64,000 nt of DNA from the NCBI GenBank assembly GCA_024346625.1, contig AP024664.1, positions 372,001 to 436,000 on the forward strand, in the 5' to 3' direction. The translations under genes were made by a program, and so were the position numbers. The DNA comes from Williopsis jadinii (lineage: Eukaryota). The stretch's first letter is position 1; each line of letters opens with the position of its first letter. Shown here in pieces: positions 1-13,438 of this stretch. Under the pieces are notes generated by a model. The model was not told the origin of the DNA. It did not search any database and saw nothing but the letters and a program-made list of their open reading frames with translations.

Positions 1-208
1 GACATATAGAGAACGATGATTGATAGTATGACCAGCAGATATTTCATTCTCCTGAAGGAGATCAGTTTCATCCAAAGACTGGTGGGAATAGTTACCTTTT
101 TATACGCTCGTTTGCCAGAAACGTATGGGCTTATGGGTTGATTAATACAAAGGTGGAAAGTACATAAAGTATGCAAGGATCTGCTGATGATTATGAGGTG
201 TGGCTTAC

Positions 209-250
209 ACCCGGACACCCATAAACCCGGACACCTATACACCCGGACAC
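209..250 (+). promoter_or_regulatory. Three tandem ACCCGGACAC motifs (Rap1-site-like) upstream of FYV8
   Basis: Copies at 209-218, 225-234 and 241-250 (16-bp period). They resemble Rap1 UASrpg-type sites (ACCCAGACAC). A further reverse copy AACCCAGACATCC lies at 364-376 and a Reb1-type TTACCCG at 322-328. Confidence 0.5.
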
Positions 251-484
251 TAAGCACCAGTATCACGTGCTGCCCTCGGATATTGTGTGTTTTCCGACCA
301 TGCCTCCCACCAGTGTCCTCATTACCCGGCCTCAAGCCGTCTGTTTTGTTTTCGGGCCCTCCCGGATGTCTGGGTTATTGTCCCGTTTTGCAAAGCTCCC
401 AAAGCAAAGGCACACAAGACACAGGACAAAGGGACACGGGACAAGCACATCAACACCCGTTGGCGAACTACGTGGAACACAACA

Positions 485-2966
485 ATGCCAGGGGAAGAAG
501 TCCATAGACACACATCGACGAGATGGACCAAGGCGTCGAATGCGAACTACGACGGCGATGATTGGTGAGTATGCCACTGCGTTGGTGATTGTGTGTATTG
601 AGTACCCGTATGCTAATGATGGAACAACTAGGAGTGATGATGAGTTTGACGAGCAACGAGAAGAGGAGCAGGAGCAGGAGCAGGATCAAGAGCGAGAGCA
701 GGTGGCAACGTACAACGAGGAAGTCACCAAGACACCGGAGATGACTCTGAAGGCGAAGTTCGACGCGATGGAACTGGATCAACAAAAACCACGCGACAGT
801 GTTGATGAGAAGAAGAGTGAGGGTGATTACGACGACGACTACCAGCCTGTGGCTGCTTCGCACTACCAACCTGCGCTTGGTGTTGAAGAGGATACCCAGG
901 AGGGCTACATCTTGGAGGAGGATTCGTTCCATTCCGACGATTTGGAGGATAAAGGCGCAGAAGACGCTCAACATGTGCCAGCACATACCGATGAGGACTT
1001 TTACTACGACCCCAACGTTGCAACCAGCGCCTTTGAGCCTTTCCCAAGCGAGATGCCTGAGACTGAAGAGGAGTTCATGGCGATGATGGAGGCTCAAAAA
1101 CAGGCACATGAGGAATCGACGGTGGAGGGAGCGACCTCCCATGACGCTGAAACTATCAAGAGTGGTGGGAGTCTGCCTAGTCACAATGCTGGGCCTGTGA
1201 GCGAACAGAAGGAAGAGGAAGAGACTAATGATGGAAACGATGATGATGTTAATAACAATAATGACGATGAAGACGCCTATAACGATGGTGATGACGAATA
1301 CGATGACTATGTGCCAAAGCAGAGTCATTTCCGTTCAGAATTTATCAAATCACCCGAAAAGGAGAGCTTTGAGGTTCCTCATCCTCTCGAATCCGACACG
1401 GACGAGGTGGAAGATCAGCCTCAAGAAGCTGAAGCTGACAATGCTCGTACCACCGATATACCGATTATCGTGGAACCAGTTCATGAGCCAGTAGCAGAAT
1501 CATCAGCAGAAACAAGTGCTGAGCACTACGATGTCTCAGATACAGACACACTACACATCAATGACTCAAACGTCCAAAGTAAGGGCTCCTCCATAAGAGA
1601 GATCACCAGAGATCAGGCAGAGGCTGAAGGTGGCTTCACCTCTGCAACCATTCCAAATTCTGACAGTATACCGGCAAACTTGGAAGAACATGCCTACTTG
1701 AGCGATTTGATCAACTCGCCAATTCCAATGGATGAAGATGCCGAACAGAGTAATGTAGAGCATTACTATGTTGATGATTCCCTAGACGTTCCAAAGGAGA
1801 ACAGGGATTCGCAGTTCTATTCCTCCGTGAGTGATTACTTTGATGAGTACGCAGATGAGGATCAAAGCCGTGATCACTTGGAACTGGCTAAATCGAGATC
1901 CAGGTCTTCAGGCTCGTTATCTACTGGAAGCTACTCCCTGAGTGAGCATAGGTCTTCAAAGCTGAGTGATCGTACCCCGAGTTTGACCAACAGAAGCTTT
2001 CAGATATCCGAAGTCCAATCAGTAGCAGGGTCTACAAGAGATCTTGACATGGAACAGCAGCAGAAACAACAACCACAGCTGTCCCATTCACAGTCCCAGT
2101 CCCAGTCGCAGCAGCCTGAAGCCGATGGTCAGTTAAACTCTGCGTTGTCGATAAACATGGGACACTGGAGACCAAATACTGAGAGCTATAGAGACCAATT
2201 CATCAATGACAGTGCGGTGATCCCACCTCTACCAAAACTGGATACTTATACGAGAAATTCAATGGGTGAAATTGTCGAAGATACAAGCTCTATTGCCCCT
2301 GTTGTCACCAATGATTCAAACCATCTCTCTGTATCCGGTTCTCAAGGTAGAAACATGTCTATGCTGTCTGAGATGGAATCGTCTTTTGAGGTGCAACCCC
2401 CATCTCAGAGCTTGAAAGAAGGGGTCTATACGACTCCATCAGATACTGTGTTACCGATTCATATCCCAATTGATACGCTGTCATCGTCAAATACAGACTT
2501 CTTCAAAGAGCATCTGTCCACTTCAAGTCTAACAACGGAAGATCATGAGGAAGAGCCTCCTCAGCAACCAGCTGTCCAACAACGCGAGCTTGGTAAGACC
2601 AAGCCTGTGAGTTATAATGTCAAAACTATTGCGTCTTTAACAGACCCAAAACAGAGGATCAAACAGTATCAAAGGGCACGTGAAGAAGAGGCAAACATTG
2701 ATACTGGGCTGGAGATCTGGATATCGCACGCACTGGATAAAGTGGAAGTTGTTAGCTACAAGAGTAGCAATACATCTCACGTTAAGAAGGCGTATGCAGA
2801 GGCGTCGAACTTCAGCAGAAGACATACCAATATGGGCTCATTGCTACACAAGAGACGTGTCATTCAGGAGACCTCCCAAACTGCTCACAGTTTTGCCAAA
2901 GGTGCCAAGGGGATCTTCTCCCGTGGCAGAAAGATGATCAAGAATGAAATAACAAAGGCTACGTAA
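485..2966 (+). CDS. FYV8: Fyv8-like acidic protein, 2 exons (485-564, 632-2966), 804 aa
   Basis: Splicing gives MPGEEVHRHTSTRWTKASNANYDGDDWSDDEF..., matching the Fyv8 N-terminal RW..S...YDG..W pattern. Long acidic low-complexity middle; C-terminal region with 'YQRAREEEANIDTGLEIW'. Next to SKI6 and YPP1 as in S. cerevisiae (YGR195W-YGR198W). Confidence 0.8.
565..631 (+). other. Spliceosomal intron in FYV8 (67 nt)
   Basis: GTGAGT donor at 565, TGCTAAT branch-like site at 611-617, TAG acceptor at 629-631. Removal restores TG|G Trp in frame with the long ORF. Confidence 0.8.
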
Positions 2967-3017
2967 TAATTAGTGCAAATAGGCATTCAACCATAGATAT
3001 ACATGTGTGTGTAGCAT

Positions 3018-3755
3018 TCACTTGTTTGCAAGTTTCGATAGTCGAAGTTCGCCATGTCTTCTCACTTCCTTATCCATCATATCCCTAATCCTATGTCCTC
3101 CAGCAACTGCGATGGCCAATACGCCTTCTAATTTGTCCAGTGGGATCTTATTCTCCAGTATAAGTAACGCCAATTTCTCACTTTTACCGACGATTCCAAT
3201 GGTGAGGTAGCTTAAGTCGTTCTCCTCCAGCTGGTTCAAGTCCAGCAATGGCGTATTATCATAAAAGCCTGCACTTACACTGCTGATGTAGTCGTACATT
3301 GCAATACCTGCATCGATCAATGCCAACGTTATGCTATTTGTCACTGCGCTGATCAACCCACCATCGAGCGTCAGTACATGGCACGTGATGGATATTGTCG
3401 TCCTTGGATACTTATCCGTGATGATGCTCTGTTCAAAGGTTCTCTTCAGACTCGTGATAATCTCCTGAATTCGTCTCTCGTTCTTGTTTCTTCTCTTCCT
3501 GTCAATCGACGAGAACGGCGTCACGTTCAGCGATATGTTCAGCGTCGCCTCCGTGGCTGACAGCTGTGACCTCGAAGGGGGCTCCATAGGCCCTTCCACG
3601 ATACAAACCACCTTCGAATTGCCCTGTTCAACAAAACTCGACCCATCTGCAGAGTTAGGATGGGTATTAATACGGCACTGGAACCGACGAAGCTCGTTCC
3701 AACGACGCCCATCCATACGGAGCCCCTCCGGCGAATATATCTCCTGTCTCGACAT
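3018..3755 (-). CDS. SKI6: Exosome core RNase PH-like subunit Rrp41/Ski6, 245 aa
   Basis: MSRQEIYSPEGLRMDGRRWNELRRF...ADGSSFVEQGNSKV...LALIDAGIAMYDY is the typical Rrp41 sequence. ATG at 3755. Confidence 0.96.
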   Translation of the reverse strand: MSRQEIYSPEGLRMDGRRWNELRRFQCRINTHPNSADGSSFVEQGNSKVVCIVEGPMEPPSRSQLSATEATLNISLNVTPFSSIDRKRRNKNERRIQEIITSLKRTFEQSIITDKYPRTTISITCHVLTLDGGLISAVTNSITLALIDAGIAMYDYISSVSAGFYDNTPLLDLNQLEENDLSYLTIGIVGKSEKLALLILENKIPLDKLEGVLAIAVAGGHRIRDMMDKEVRRHGELRLSKLANK

Positions 3756-4103
3756 CACTCTGCTCAGACCACTCGCTCTGTATCAGCTCAATGGTGCAAT
3801 CTCAGCCCACAGCTCAACACAACACCACCATGGCACCGTATACATTATGCCCTGGTGGAGGAGAAAAGTTTTACGGCCCACCGCGGCCACGATGACCTTG
3901 GTGTCCGGGTGTTTTGCAACGCGGTGTCGATTCGTGCGGTTGGGAGCCCTGGCGGGCAGTGTCTCCCAAAAGGGGAAATATTCGCGGGACGTGATGAAAT
4001 CAGCCGCTGGAAGTGCTCTTCTGAAAGCGTTTCGAAGCGTTTCGAAGGGAGGTTCACAGTATCAAAACACACAGCCAACGAACAGAAACGGTGCGCGGCA
4101 GCG

Positions 4104-6479
4104 ATGGTCAACGTGAGAGAGCTGCCATTGGTCGATGAACAGAGGGCGCTCGGTGTCTGGCCACGAAGCGCCCTTTCTCCCGCGGAGAATGCTTCAGTGC
4201 TGGACCAGCTGCTGAGCATTGAGCACAAGCTCGCTGTGTTGATACACGAGGACCCGTTGATGGAGCAGGGCGGTATGGTGGAAAGGGCGCTGCCCGAGCT
4301 GCTGGAGGAGTCCGACTGCTTCGTGAAGAGCATCGACGATAAGAACTGGGAGTACTCCCTAGCCGCCACGAACTTGGCGTTCAAGATGGTGTTGCACAGA
4401 CGGTTCGAAGAGGCGCTGGGGTTGTTGCAATCCGTCAAGGCCTTCCCTCCCGACCGCTTTGGGAAGACGTTGGTGTATAAGAAGCACTACGTGCTGTTCA
4501 CAGTGTACAACGGTCTTGGTGACGTGGCGCGTGTCAAGTCGTCGCTTGTTGATGGAATCAACGCTCTTGCCTCAGTGCCAACTGCTAGTGAGCTGGAGAC
4601 AACCAGATGGTTGACGTTGATCTACGATGCGTTCTATGACAATTTCACGTATGCGTCTGTTGGCGATGTCGATAAGCTGCTCAAGCACAAGAACTTTGTG
4701 ATCTCCTACTTCAACTATCAGAGCTCGAGGGGGTTGCTCACGGAGGAAAATGCGAAGGAGTTGAGGTTGTACATCGTGCAAAGGGCAGAATCGCTGATCG
4801 CATCAACGAGCTTCCCGAAGGCCAATGAAGTGAACAATCACGAGTTGGAGGAACTGATTGACCTCGCATCGTTGTCGTCGGTTCTTTCTCCAAGCCGTGT
4901 GAAGTCCTTGGTGGAACAGGCCATTGCAAAGACATACCAATCGCACATCCTCATGAGAGCGTACATCAGGGCGTTGGTGGCTGAAAAGAGCTATGGAGAG
5001 CTCAAATCCGTGTTAGAGGTTTACGAGGCATATGTCCATGCGTTTTATGAACAGAATAAGCACAAGTATTTGGATATCGTGTCCATTATTCAAATTCAAA
5101 AACTGGTTCTTGACTACGGTTTAAAACATCGTGTACCCTTGAACTTTGAGGATTATCGCTACTTCTCTGACAGAGTGGCTAAATTGGAGGAATTGCTGAA
5201 GGAGTTCTACACAATTGCAGGGTTGGACAAATTCTCTCAGTTTGACGTGGCACAGTCCTTAACCACGCCAAATAACGTTGTTGTTGACGAGTCCCTGGGA
5301 AAAATCCTTGCTGGTGTTTGGAATACTCTGGGTAATGCAACTTGGACACTTATAAACGATGACGAGTACATCTATTCTGAAAATTCATCAACTGTTAAAG
5401 CATTGGAGCATTTTAAGCACTCGATTTGGTTGCACACTGAGTATGAAGCTGTTTTCAACTATGCCAAAACCACGGCAATCTTGGGTAATATTAAGGAGTC
5501 ATTCAAAATCGTCAAGACATTGTTGCAAAACGTTTCAAAGACATCATCAATCTACTTTCAATCATGTCATTTGTTGGCGTTGATCTTGTCCATTGAAGAA
5601 AATAAAGATGAGGCTTATAAGGTTATCGGATTTCTATCGTCTGAAGTTGCTGAGTTCATAGAAACGTCACCTATCCCATTACAGTTGAGGGACGTTTTCC
5701 TTCAGATTAAAATGACACAATTGGCTATTATTCAGTCACTATTGGGCCCGGAACAAGCACTGGACTCACTTCCAGAGCTGTTCGCCTTGTTCCATAAACT
5801 ATATTCCGATTTCATCGTGAGCAATGTTGCGAATGGAGATGCCCCATCACCGGAAAAGTCTCATAAGCACTCATTATCACTGGCACGTACTCAAACGCTC
5901 CAGAAAATTCAAAAGATCAAAACCATTGGGCGTAAGGATCATAAGGAAAAGACTGCGCAACAACAGATCACCATTGACCCACTAGCAGTGGCTATCAAGC
6001 AAAAGCTTCAACAGGTTTGGCTCCTTGCTGCTAATATATACTACCAGCTGAACCTTCCAGTGGAAGCAGAAGAAGCAATTGTCGAGAGTGAGAAATGTTA
6101 TAGACCAACTTCCGACTCGCATGTTGCGTTGGCGTTGCTGACTTTGGACAAGAGACCGGAGTTGAGCTTCAAAGAGTTTGACAGCGCTCTTTTACTTGAG
6201 AAACTATCCATCCCTGCCGTTGTCGGATATGCCCAATTAGTGTTGACCGCTAAGGAGTCGGTGTTCATCTCTGAAAGAGACCAACTCGCTGCCATCTCAA
6301 GGGCAAAGATCCTATTGGAAACTGCCAGCGAAACGTTTGCAGGAGCCCATACCTCTGAAGTTTGGTGGCTATTATCGTTAATCTATGAAAGATTCAATGA
6401 CAACAGGCTGAAGGGATCTCTATGGAAGTGCGTGGAGTTAGAAGAGATCAGACCAGTCCGTTCATTCACCGTTGTTTAA
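4104..6479 (+). CDS. YPP1: Cargo-transport / PI4-kinase scaffold TPR protein Ypp1, about 791 aa
   Basis: Helical TPR-like protein with 'FPKANEVNN', 'HLLALILS', 'ALDSLPELFALF' and C-terminal 'LWKCVELEEIRPVRSF'. Syntenic with SKI6 and FYV8. First ATG after the divergent promoter is at 4104. Confidence 0.85.
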   Translation: MVNVRELPLVDEQRALGVWPRSALSPAENASVLDQLLSIEHKLAVLIHEDPLMEQGGMVERALPELLEESDCFVKSIDDKNWEYSLAATNLAFKMVLHRRFEEALGLLQSVKAFPPDRFGKTLVYKKHYVLFTVYNGLGDVARVKSSLVDGINALASVPTASELETTRWLTLIYDAFYDNFTYASVGDVDKLLKHKNFVISYFNYQSSRGLLTEENAKELRLYIVQRAESLIASTSFPKANEVNNHELEELIDLASLSSVLSPSRVKSLVEQAIAKTYQSHILMRAYIRALVAEKSYGELKSVLEVYEAYVHAFYEQNKHKYLDIVSIIQIQKLVLDYGLKHRVPLNFEDYRYFSDRVAKLEELLKEFYTIAGLDKFSQFDVAQSLTTPNNVVVDESLGKILAGVWNTLGNATWTLINDDEYIYSENSSTVKALEHFKHSIWLHTEYEAVFNYAKTTAILGNIKESFKIVKTLLQNVSKTSSIYFQSCHLLALILSIEENKDEAYKVIGFLSSEVAEFIETSPIPLQLRDVFLQIKMTQLAIIQSLLGPEQALDSLPELFALFHKLYSDFIVSNVANGDAPSPEKSHKHSLSLARTQTLQKIQKIKTIGRKDHKEKTAQQQITIDPLAVAIKQKLQQVWLLAANIYYQLNLPVEAEEAIVESEKCYRPTSDSHVALALLTLDKRPELSFKEFDSALLLEKLSIPAVVGYAQLVLTAKESVFISERDQLAAISRAKILLETASETFAGAHTSEVWWLLSLIYERFNDNRLKGSLWKCVELEEIRPVRSFTVV

Positions 6480-6551
6480 TACATAATCTTTATATATAAC
6501 AACTCTTGTGAAGCATCCCACCACCGTGGGTGTCTGGATGTTTATAGTTCG

Positions 6552-6617
6552 CCGGTACCGGAGAGCTTCCCTCTCTGTCTCCCCGAGCCCCCGAGCCTGG
6601 TGATGCGCCGGCACCGG
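6552..6617. promoter_or_regulatory. Two Leu3-binding UAS-LEU elements upstream of LEU2
   Basis: CCGGTACCGG (6552-6561) and CCGGCACCGG (6608-6617) both fit the Leu3 consensus CCGGNNCCGG and lie 130-200 bp before the LEU2 ATG. Confidence 0.8.
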
Positions 6618-6748
6618 AGAAGGGCCACTGGGAGAGTCCGTTGAGTGACAATTTATCGAATCATACGCATTTTTCCACCGTCCACCTCTGTCATTCTCTG
6701 CTTGTTTCTCTCCATTGTTAAATATCATTGCTACTAGCTCACACAACC

Positions 6749-7840
6749 ATGCCAGAGAAAACAATTGTCGTTCTTCCAGGTGACCACGTCGGTACTGAGA
6801 TCACTGCTGAGGCCATCAAGGTCCTCAAGGCCATCGAGGAGGTGAAGCCGGAGATCAAATTCAACTTCCAACACCACCTGATTGGAGGAGCTGCTATCGA
6901 TGCCACCGGTGTTCCATTGCCAGACGATGCCTTGGAGGCCTCCAAGAAGGCTGATGCTGTTCTGCTCGGTGCTGTCGGTGGTCCAAAATGGGGTACCGGT
7001 GCTGTCAGACCAGAGCAAGGTCTTCTGAAGATCAGAAAAGAGCTGAATCTTTACGCCAACTTGAGACCATGTAACTTTGCTTCTGAGTCCTTGTTGGACT
7101 TGTCTCCAATCAAGGCCGAGGTTGTCAAGGGCACGGACTTTGTCGTTGTCAGAGAGCTTGTCGGTGGTATCTACTTTGGTGAAAGAAAGGAGGATGACGG
7201 TTCAGGCGTTGCGTCCGATACTGAAACATACTCTGTTCCAGAGGTTCAAAGAATCACCAGAATGGCTGCATTCATGGCCTTGCAACACAACCCACCATTG
7301 CCAATCTGGTCTTTGGACAAGGCCAACGTCTTGGCCTCCTCTAGATTGTGGAGAAAGGTTGTCACTGAGACCATCGAGAAGGAATTCCCACAATTGACCG
7401 TTCAACACCAGTTGATCGACTCCGCTGCCATGATCCTCATCAAGAACCCAACACAACTCAACGGTATAGTCATCACCTCAAACATGTTTGGTGATATCAT
7501 CTCTGATGAGGCATCTGTCATTCCAGGTTCTCTGGGTTTGTTGCCATCTGCCTCTTTGGCATCTCTGCCAGACTCGAACAAGGCCTTTGGTTTGTACGAG
7601 CCATGCCATGGATCTGCTCCAGACTTGCCAGCTAATAAGGTGAACCCAATTGCCACTATCTTGTCTGCTGCAATGATGTTGAAGTTGTCTTTGGACTTGT
7701 ACGAGGAAGGTGTTGCCGTTGAGACTGCTGTTAAGCAAGTTCTCGATGCTGGTATCAGAACTGGTGACTTGAAGGGAACAAACTCAACCACCGAGGTTGG
7801 TGATGCTGTTGCTGAAGCCGTCAAGAAGATCTTGGCTTGA
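6749..7840 (+). CDS. LEU2: 3-isopropylmalate dehydrogenase, 363 aa
   Basis: [50 protein letters not shown] and EPCHGSAPD motifs. Strongly biased codon usage. Confidence 0.99.
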   Translation: MPEKTIVVLPGDHVGTEITAEAIKVLKAIEEVKPEIKFNFQHHLIGGAAIDATGVPLPDDALEASKKADAVLLGAVGGPKWGTGAVRPEQGLLKIRKELNLYANLRPCNFASESLLDLSPIKAEVVKGTDFVVVRELVGGIYFGERKEDDGSGVASDTETYSVPEVQRITRMAAFMALQHNPPLPIWSLDKANVLASSRLWRKVVTETIEKEFPQLTVQHQLIDSAAMILIKNPTQLNGIVITSNMFGDIISDEASVIPGSLGLLPSASLASLPDSNKAFGLYEPCHGSAPDLPANKVNPIATILSAAMMLKLSLDLYEEGVAVETAVKQVLDAGIRTGDLKGTNSTTEVGDAVAEAVKKILA

Positions 7841-7948
7841 AAACGTGCTACTCTAGTTACAAACATATTATGTATTTAAACGAAACGAAGATTTTCTATT
7901 ATCATATCTTATGCAGATGTAGTGATGAGACTTGAACTGGATTTGAGA

Positions 7949-8818
7949 CTAATTCTGTTGAGAAACAAAGTCATCAATATCAATCTCCAAGATTGGAGCA
8001 GAACCAGAGTTCGAAGTCTTTCTCTGCTTCTTTGCCTCCTGCTTCTCCAGTTTGCGTAACTTGGCTAATGGGCCATAGCCTACAACGTCCTTGTTCAACT
8101 CAAATGGATCGAGGAAATGGGTCACAGTCTTGAAGTTGTCGCCAAGTGTGACAATTTCGTGGATGATGTCCTCAATACAAATGATACCTTCGTCTCCCAA
8201 CTTCTCCTCAACCAAGTTGTTGTCGTTCAACTTAACCTGTCTTGGCTCCTCGTCGTTAGCTTGTTTCACTGTGACGGTTGCTCTTTTCTGGACCAACTGT
8301 CTAACAGTTTGCAGAGAAGGTTGGCCTATCACAGTGTATGGAGAAAGGAGCTTCAACAATGGGTACACGGTCTCTGTGAGCTTCACAAAGACACCAGAGT
8401 TGATCTTGTTCAATCTAAGCAGTTGAAGAACTTTCTGGACTTTGGAAGGGATCTTTGCACCTACTGGGCCTGGGGTTCTGACTATCAAGTAAAGAGTTGG
8501 TTTACCAGAGTATATCTCTTTAGATTTTGATCCATCTTGAGCGACTCTGGAGATGTACGATTTGGTGTTGGATGCATCACTCACAAGCTTTGATCTCTCA
8601 ACTTTAGACACCCTCTTGACTCTTTCCTGCTCTCTTCTGGAAGCCAATGTCTTTGCAACAAGGGACTCAGCACGTACAAATCTCTTACTCTTTGCAGCCT
8701 TTCTCTTCTTTTGCTCTTCCTGTCTCTGGCGAGCTTTCTCCTGCTTTTCGATTCTGAGTCTATCAGCGTTCTTTCTCTTACGGAGAAGAATCTCAGGGTT
8801 TGAGTTAAGTTCAACCAT
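7949..8818 (-). CDS. RLP7: Ribosome biogenesis protein Rlp7 (uL30 family), 289 aa
   Basis: LNSNPEILLRKRKNADR start; VKLNDNNLVEEKLGDEGIICIEDIIHEI motif. Confidence 0.95.
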   Translation of the reverse strand: MVELNSNPEILLRKRKNADRLRIEKQEKARQRQEEQKKRKAAKSKRFVRAESLVAKTLASRREQERVKRVSKVERSKLVSDASNTKSYISRVAQDGSKSKEIYSGKPTLYLIVRTPGPVGAKIPSKVQKVLQLLRLNKINSGVFVKLTETVYPLLKLLSPYTVIGQPSLQTVRQLVQKRATVTVKQANDEEPRQVKLNDNNLVEEKLGDEGIICIEDIIHEIVTLGDNFKTVTHFLDPFELNKDVVGYGPLAKLRKLEKQEAKKQRKTSNSGSAPILEIDIDDFVSQQN

Positions 8819-8872
8819 TCTACCTTTGTCTGAGTGAAGAGAGAGAATGATATTTTATGACAACTTGAAGAA

Positions 8873-8978
8873 GCTCATCGCATTTTTTTCACTTCCTTCA
8901 GAGGTATAATTAATACCCAACCGAAGGAAAATTTTCCACACACAGTGTGCCTTTACCAGATGAGCTATGTCACGTGAC
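8873..8978. promoter_or_regulatory. Ribosome-biogenesis promoter elements of RLP7 (PAC x2, RRPE-like, Cbf1 site)
   Basis: GCTCATCGC (reverse PAC GCGATGAG) at 8873-8881 with an adjacent TGAAAAAAAT on the minus strand; GATGAG at 8959-8964; palindrome GTCACGTGAC at 8969-8978. Confidence 0.65.
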
Positions 8979-10945
8979 TTGCCCTCTGCCACGGTGCTCA
9001 TAACCCTGTGTATTGTTGGCGTGAATACAAGTTTAGCAATTAGAAGGGGAGGTTACTTGTGAACCAAGGTTAAAGTTTGCTAGGAAAAACATACATGCTC
9101 TTCTCCTCGGCAGCCAACTCCTTTTTTTGCGAAACCAGGTTGACGGTTGATGCTGTTATTGTAGGAGGTGTAATCATCGTTGTCATGGAGACCAGAGGAC
9201 ACGAAAAATTCTCTTGCGGAAAATCTACGCCGTGCACTATGCGCTGTGCTGCATGGATTTACGTTTTTTTGCGGGAAAATTTGGTGAGTTTTGCGGGATT
9301 CAGAAATTTCCAATTCTGGTTCCCGAAAAAGGGGTGATTAACACCCAATCGGGTAATTCGTTAATTCCACGAGAAAAAGATTATCTCCCAGGCAACTTCA
9401 ACGGTTTTCTTCGACTCATTCGAATACGACGAGCGAGTGTTGTAGTTCAGGTTATGCCTCCTTTTCTTGTGGAGCTATGGAGTAAAGGGGTTAGTGGAGG
9501 TCATGTGGCACCCCTGTGGACTGGGTTTGGAGTGAAAACCGTCGAGATGACGTATATATAGGCGATTCAATGAAGGGAATGTAAAGAGTAATACCTTCTG
9601 GTAGCACATCTTCCTTTGCATCTTCCTTGTATGCTCTGTAGCATTCTTCGCTACCAATGTGCACCACTAGCTCGGGGACTTGAAGCTTTAAGCACGTGAA
9701 TCCATGAACCACCGTGTGCCATTGGCTGTGGTTTCCTGATACCGGTGAAAGACGTTGAAAAAATTTGAGATGTGAACTGTGTGTTTTTTGCTCCGATGAG
9801 GCTATTAACCAAAATAAAACACACGTTCGTCTGTCATTGTAAATCGTTGTCGGCGAGATTTTACCGTTTGAAGTTCCCAATCCGTCCAATGCGTAGAGAG
9901 AGGCCAGCTGCTATGGGGGGCTTATACCAGCTGAAGTTGTGTGTAAATGACTCAACTTTGGGACCATCAGTCTTAACGGTTGTCACAGAGACAAATTACC
10001 TACATATCTCATCGACACCGCAGGCGAAGGTCCTCATTCTGTGCCTTAGCGCGGAATATCTCCCACAACCATTAGTTGGAACACGTCATACGGAGCCAAT
10101 TGCCTCGTAGTCTCTGTCATCGAAAGGTTACTCCAACATACACATGTCCAGAATCGGCTGCCCTTCTATACATGTACGGTTTTCTATGGAAAGGAAGAAA
10201 AATCTAGCCCTATATACAAAAATAAAACACTCATATGCATGTCATGGCCAACTGGACAGAATCCTCCAAACAATACATGATAAAGCCTCCAAATTCAACA
10301 AGCATACATCAGATCCAGCCCCAATCGCTCTCTATAGCTCAAACAACTCGAATCACAGCTTATAACTCCTTCAATCCCCCCAGACAGTATCGATAACCAG
10401 CCATAACACCTGTCTCCGCCAGCGCTACATAACCTTTCCTAAAAGGGAACATCTTTACATCCCCGAGAACAGAAAAAAAGATCTGTGGCCTCTTTTTGTG
10501 GACCGAGAAAAAAAACAGCAAAATAAATTGAAGGGCGCACAAAAAAAAATTAAAACAGTGGAAACCACAAACACGGTGTTGATTTTTCAATTGAAGAAAA
10601 GGGGAAAAGGATAAAAAGCTCAAACGTTTGTGTTGATATATCCTCATAGTATTCCCTCCTTCTCATAACATCGAGTTCTACAGAACAGTTATAAACAAAG
10701 AGAAAGACCCGAGAAATCGCATACTATAACGGCCTTCTTTTGCTCATTTTCTTTCGTTGTGTTTTGCCTATTTTCCTCATAACTCTGGTTACCCTTTGGG
10801 AATTTTTTTTCTCCTCCCTTCGAGTTCTTTTTTCTCTTTCCCGTTTGATCTAATTGAGAAAGGTGGGAGGGACTGAGACTTTGATACCGGGCGCTGGGTT
10901 CAACAGAAGGTTTTACACAGAGCGGTTCAGGCCATTTTAGTAGTC

Positions 10946-13438
<2,493 letters not shown>

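Noticed and set aside
267..484. N-terminal extension of the 899-aa ORF from a GTG start
   Set aside because: Non-ATG start running through promoter and leader sequence; the spliced model from ATG 485 explains the conserved N-terminus.
468..1328. 286-aa hydrophobic antisense ORF
   Set aside because: Mirror of the acidic GAN-rich FYV8 frame; no independent coding signal.
3660..4103. 148-aa N-terminal extension of YPP1
   Set aside because: Overlaps SKI6 and the GC-rich divergent promoter; the downstream ATG at 4104 gives an ortholog-sized protein.
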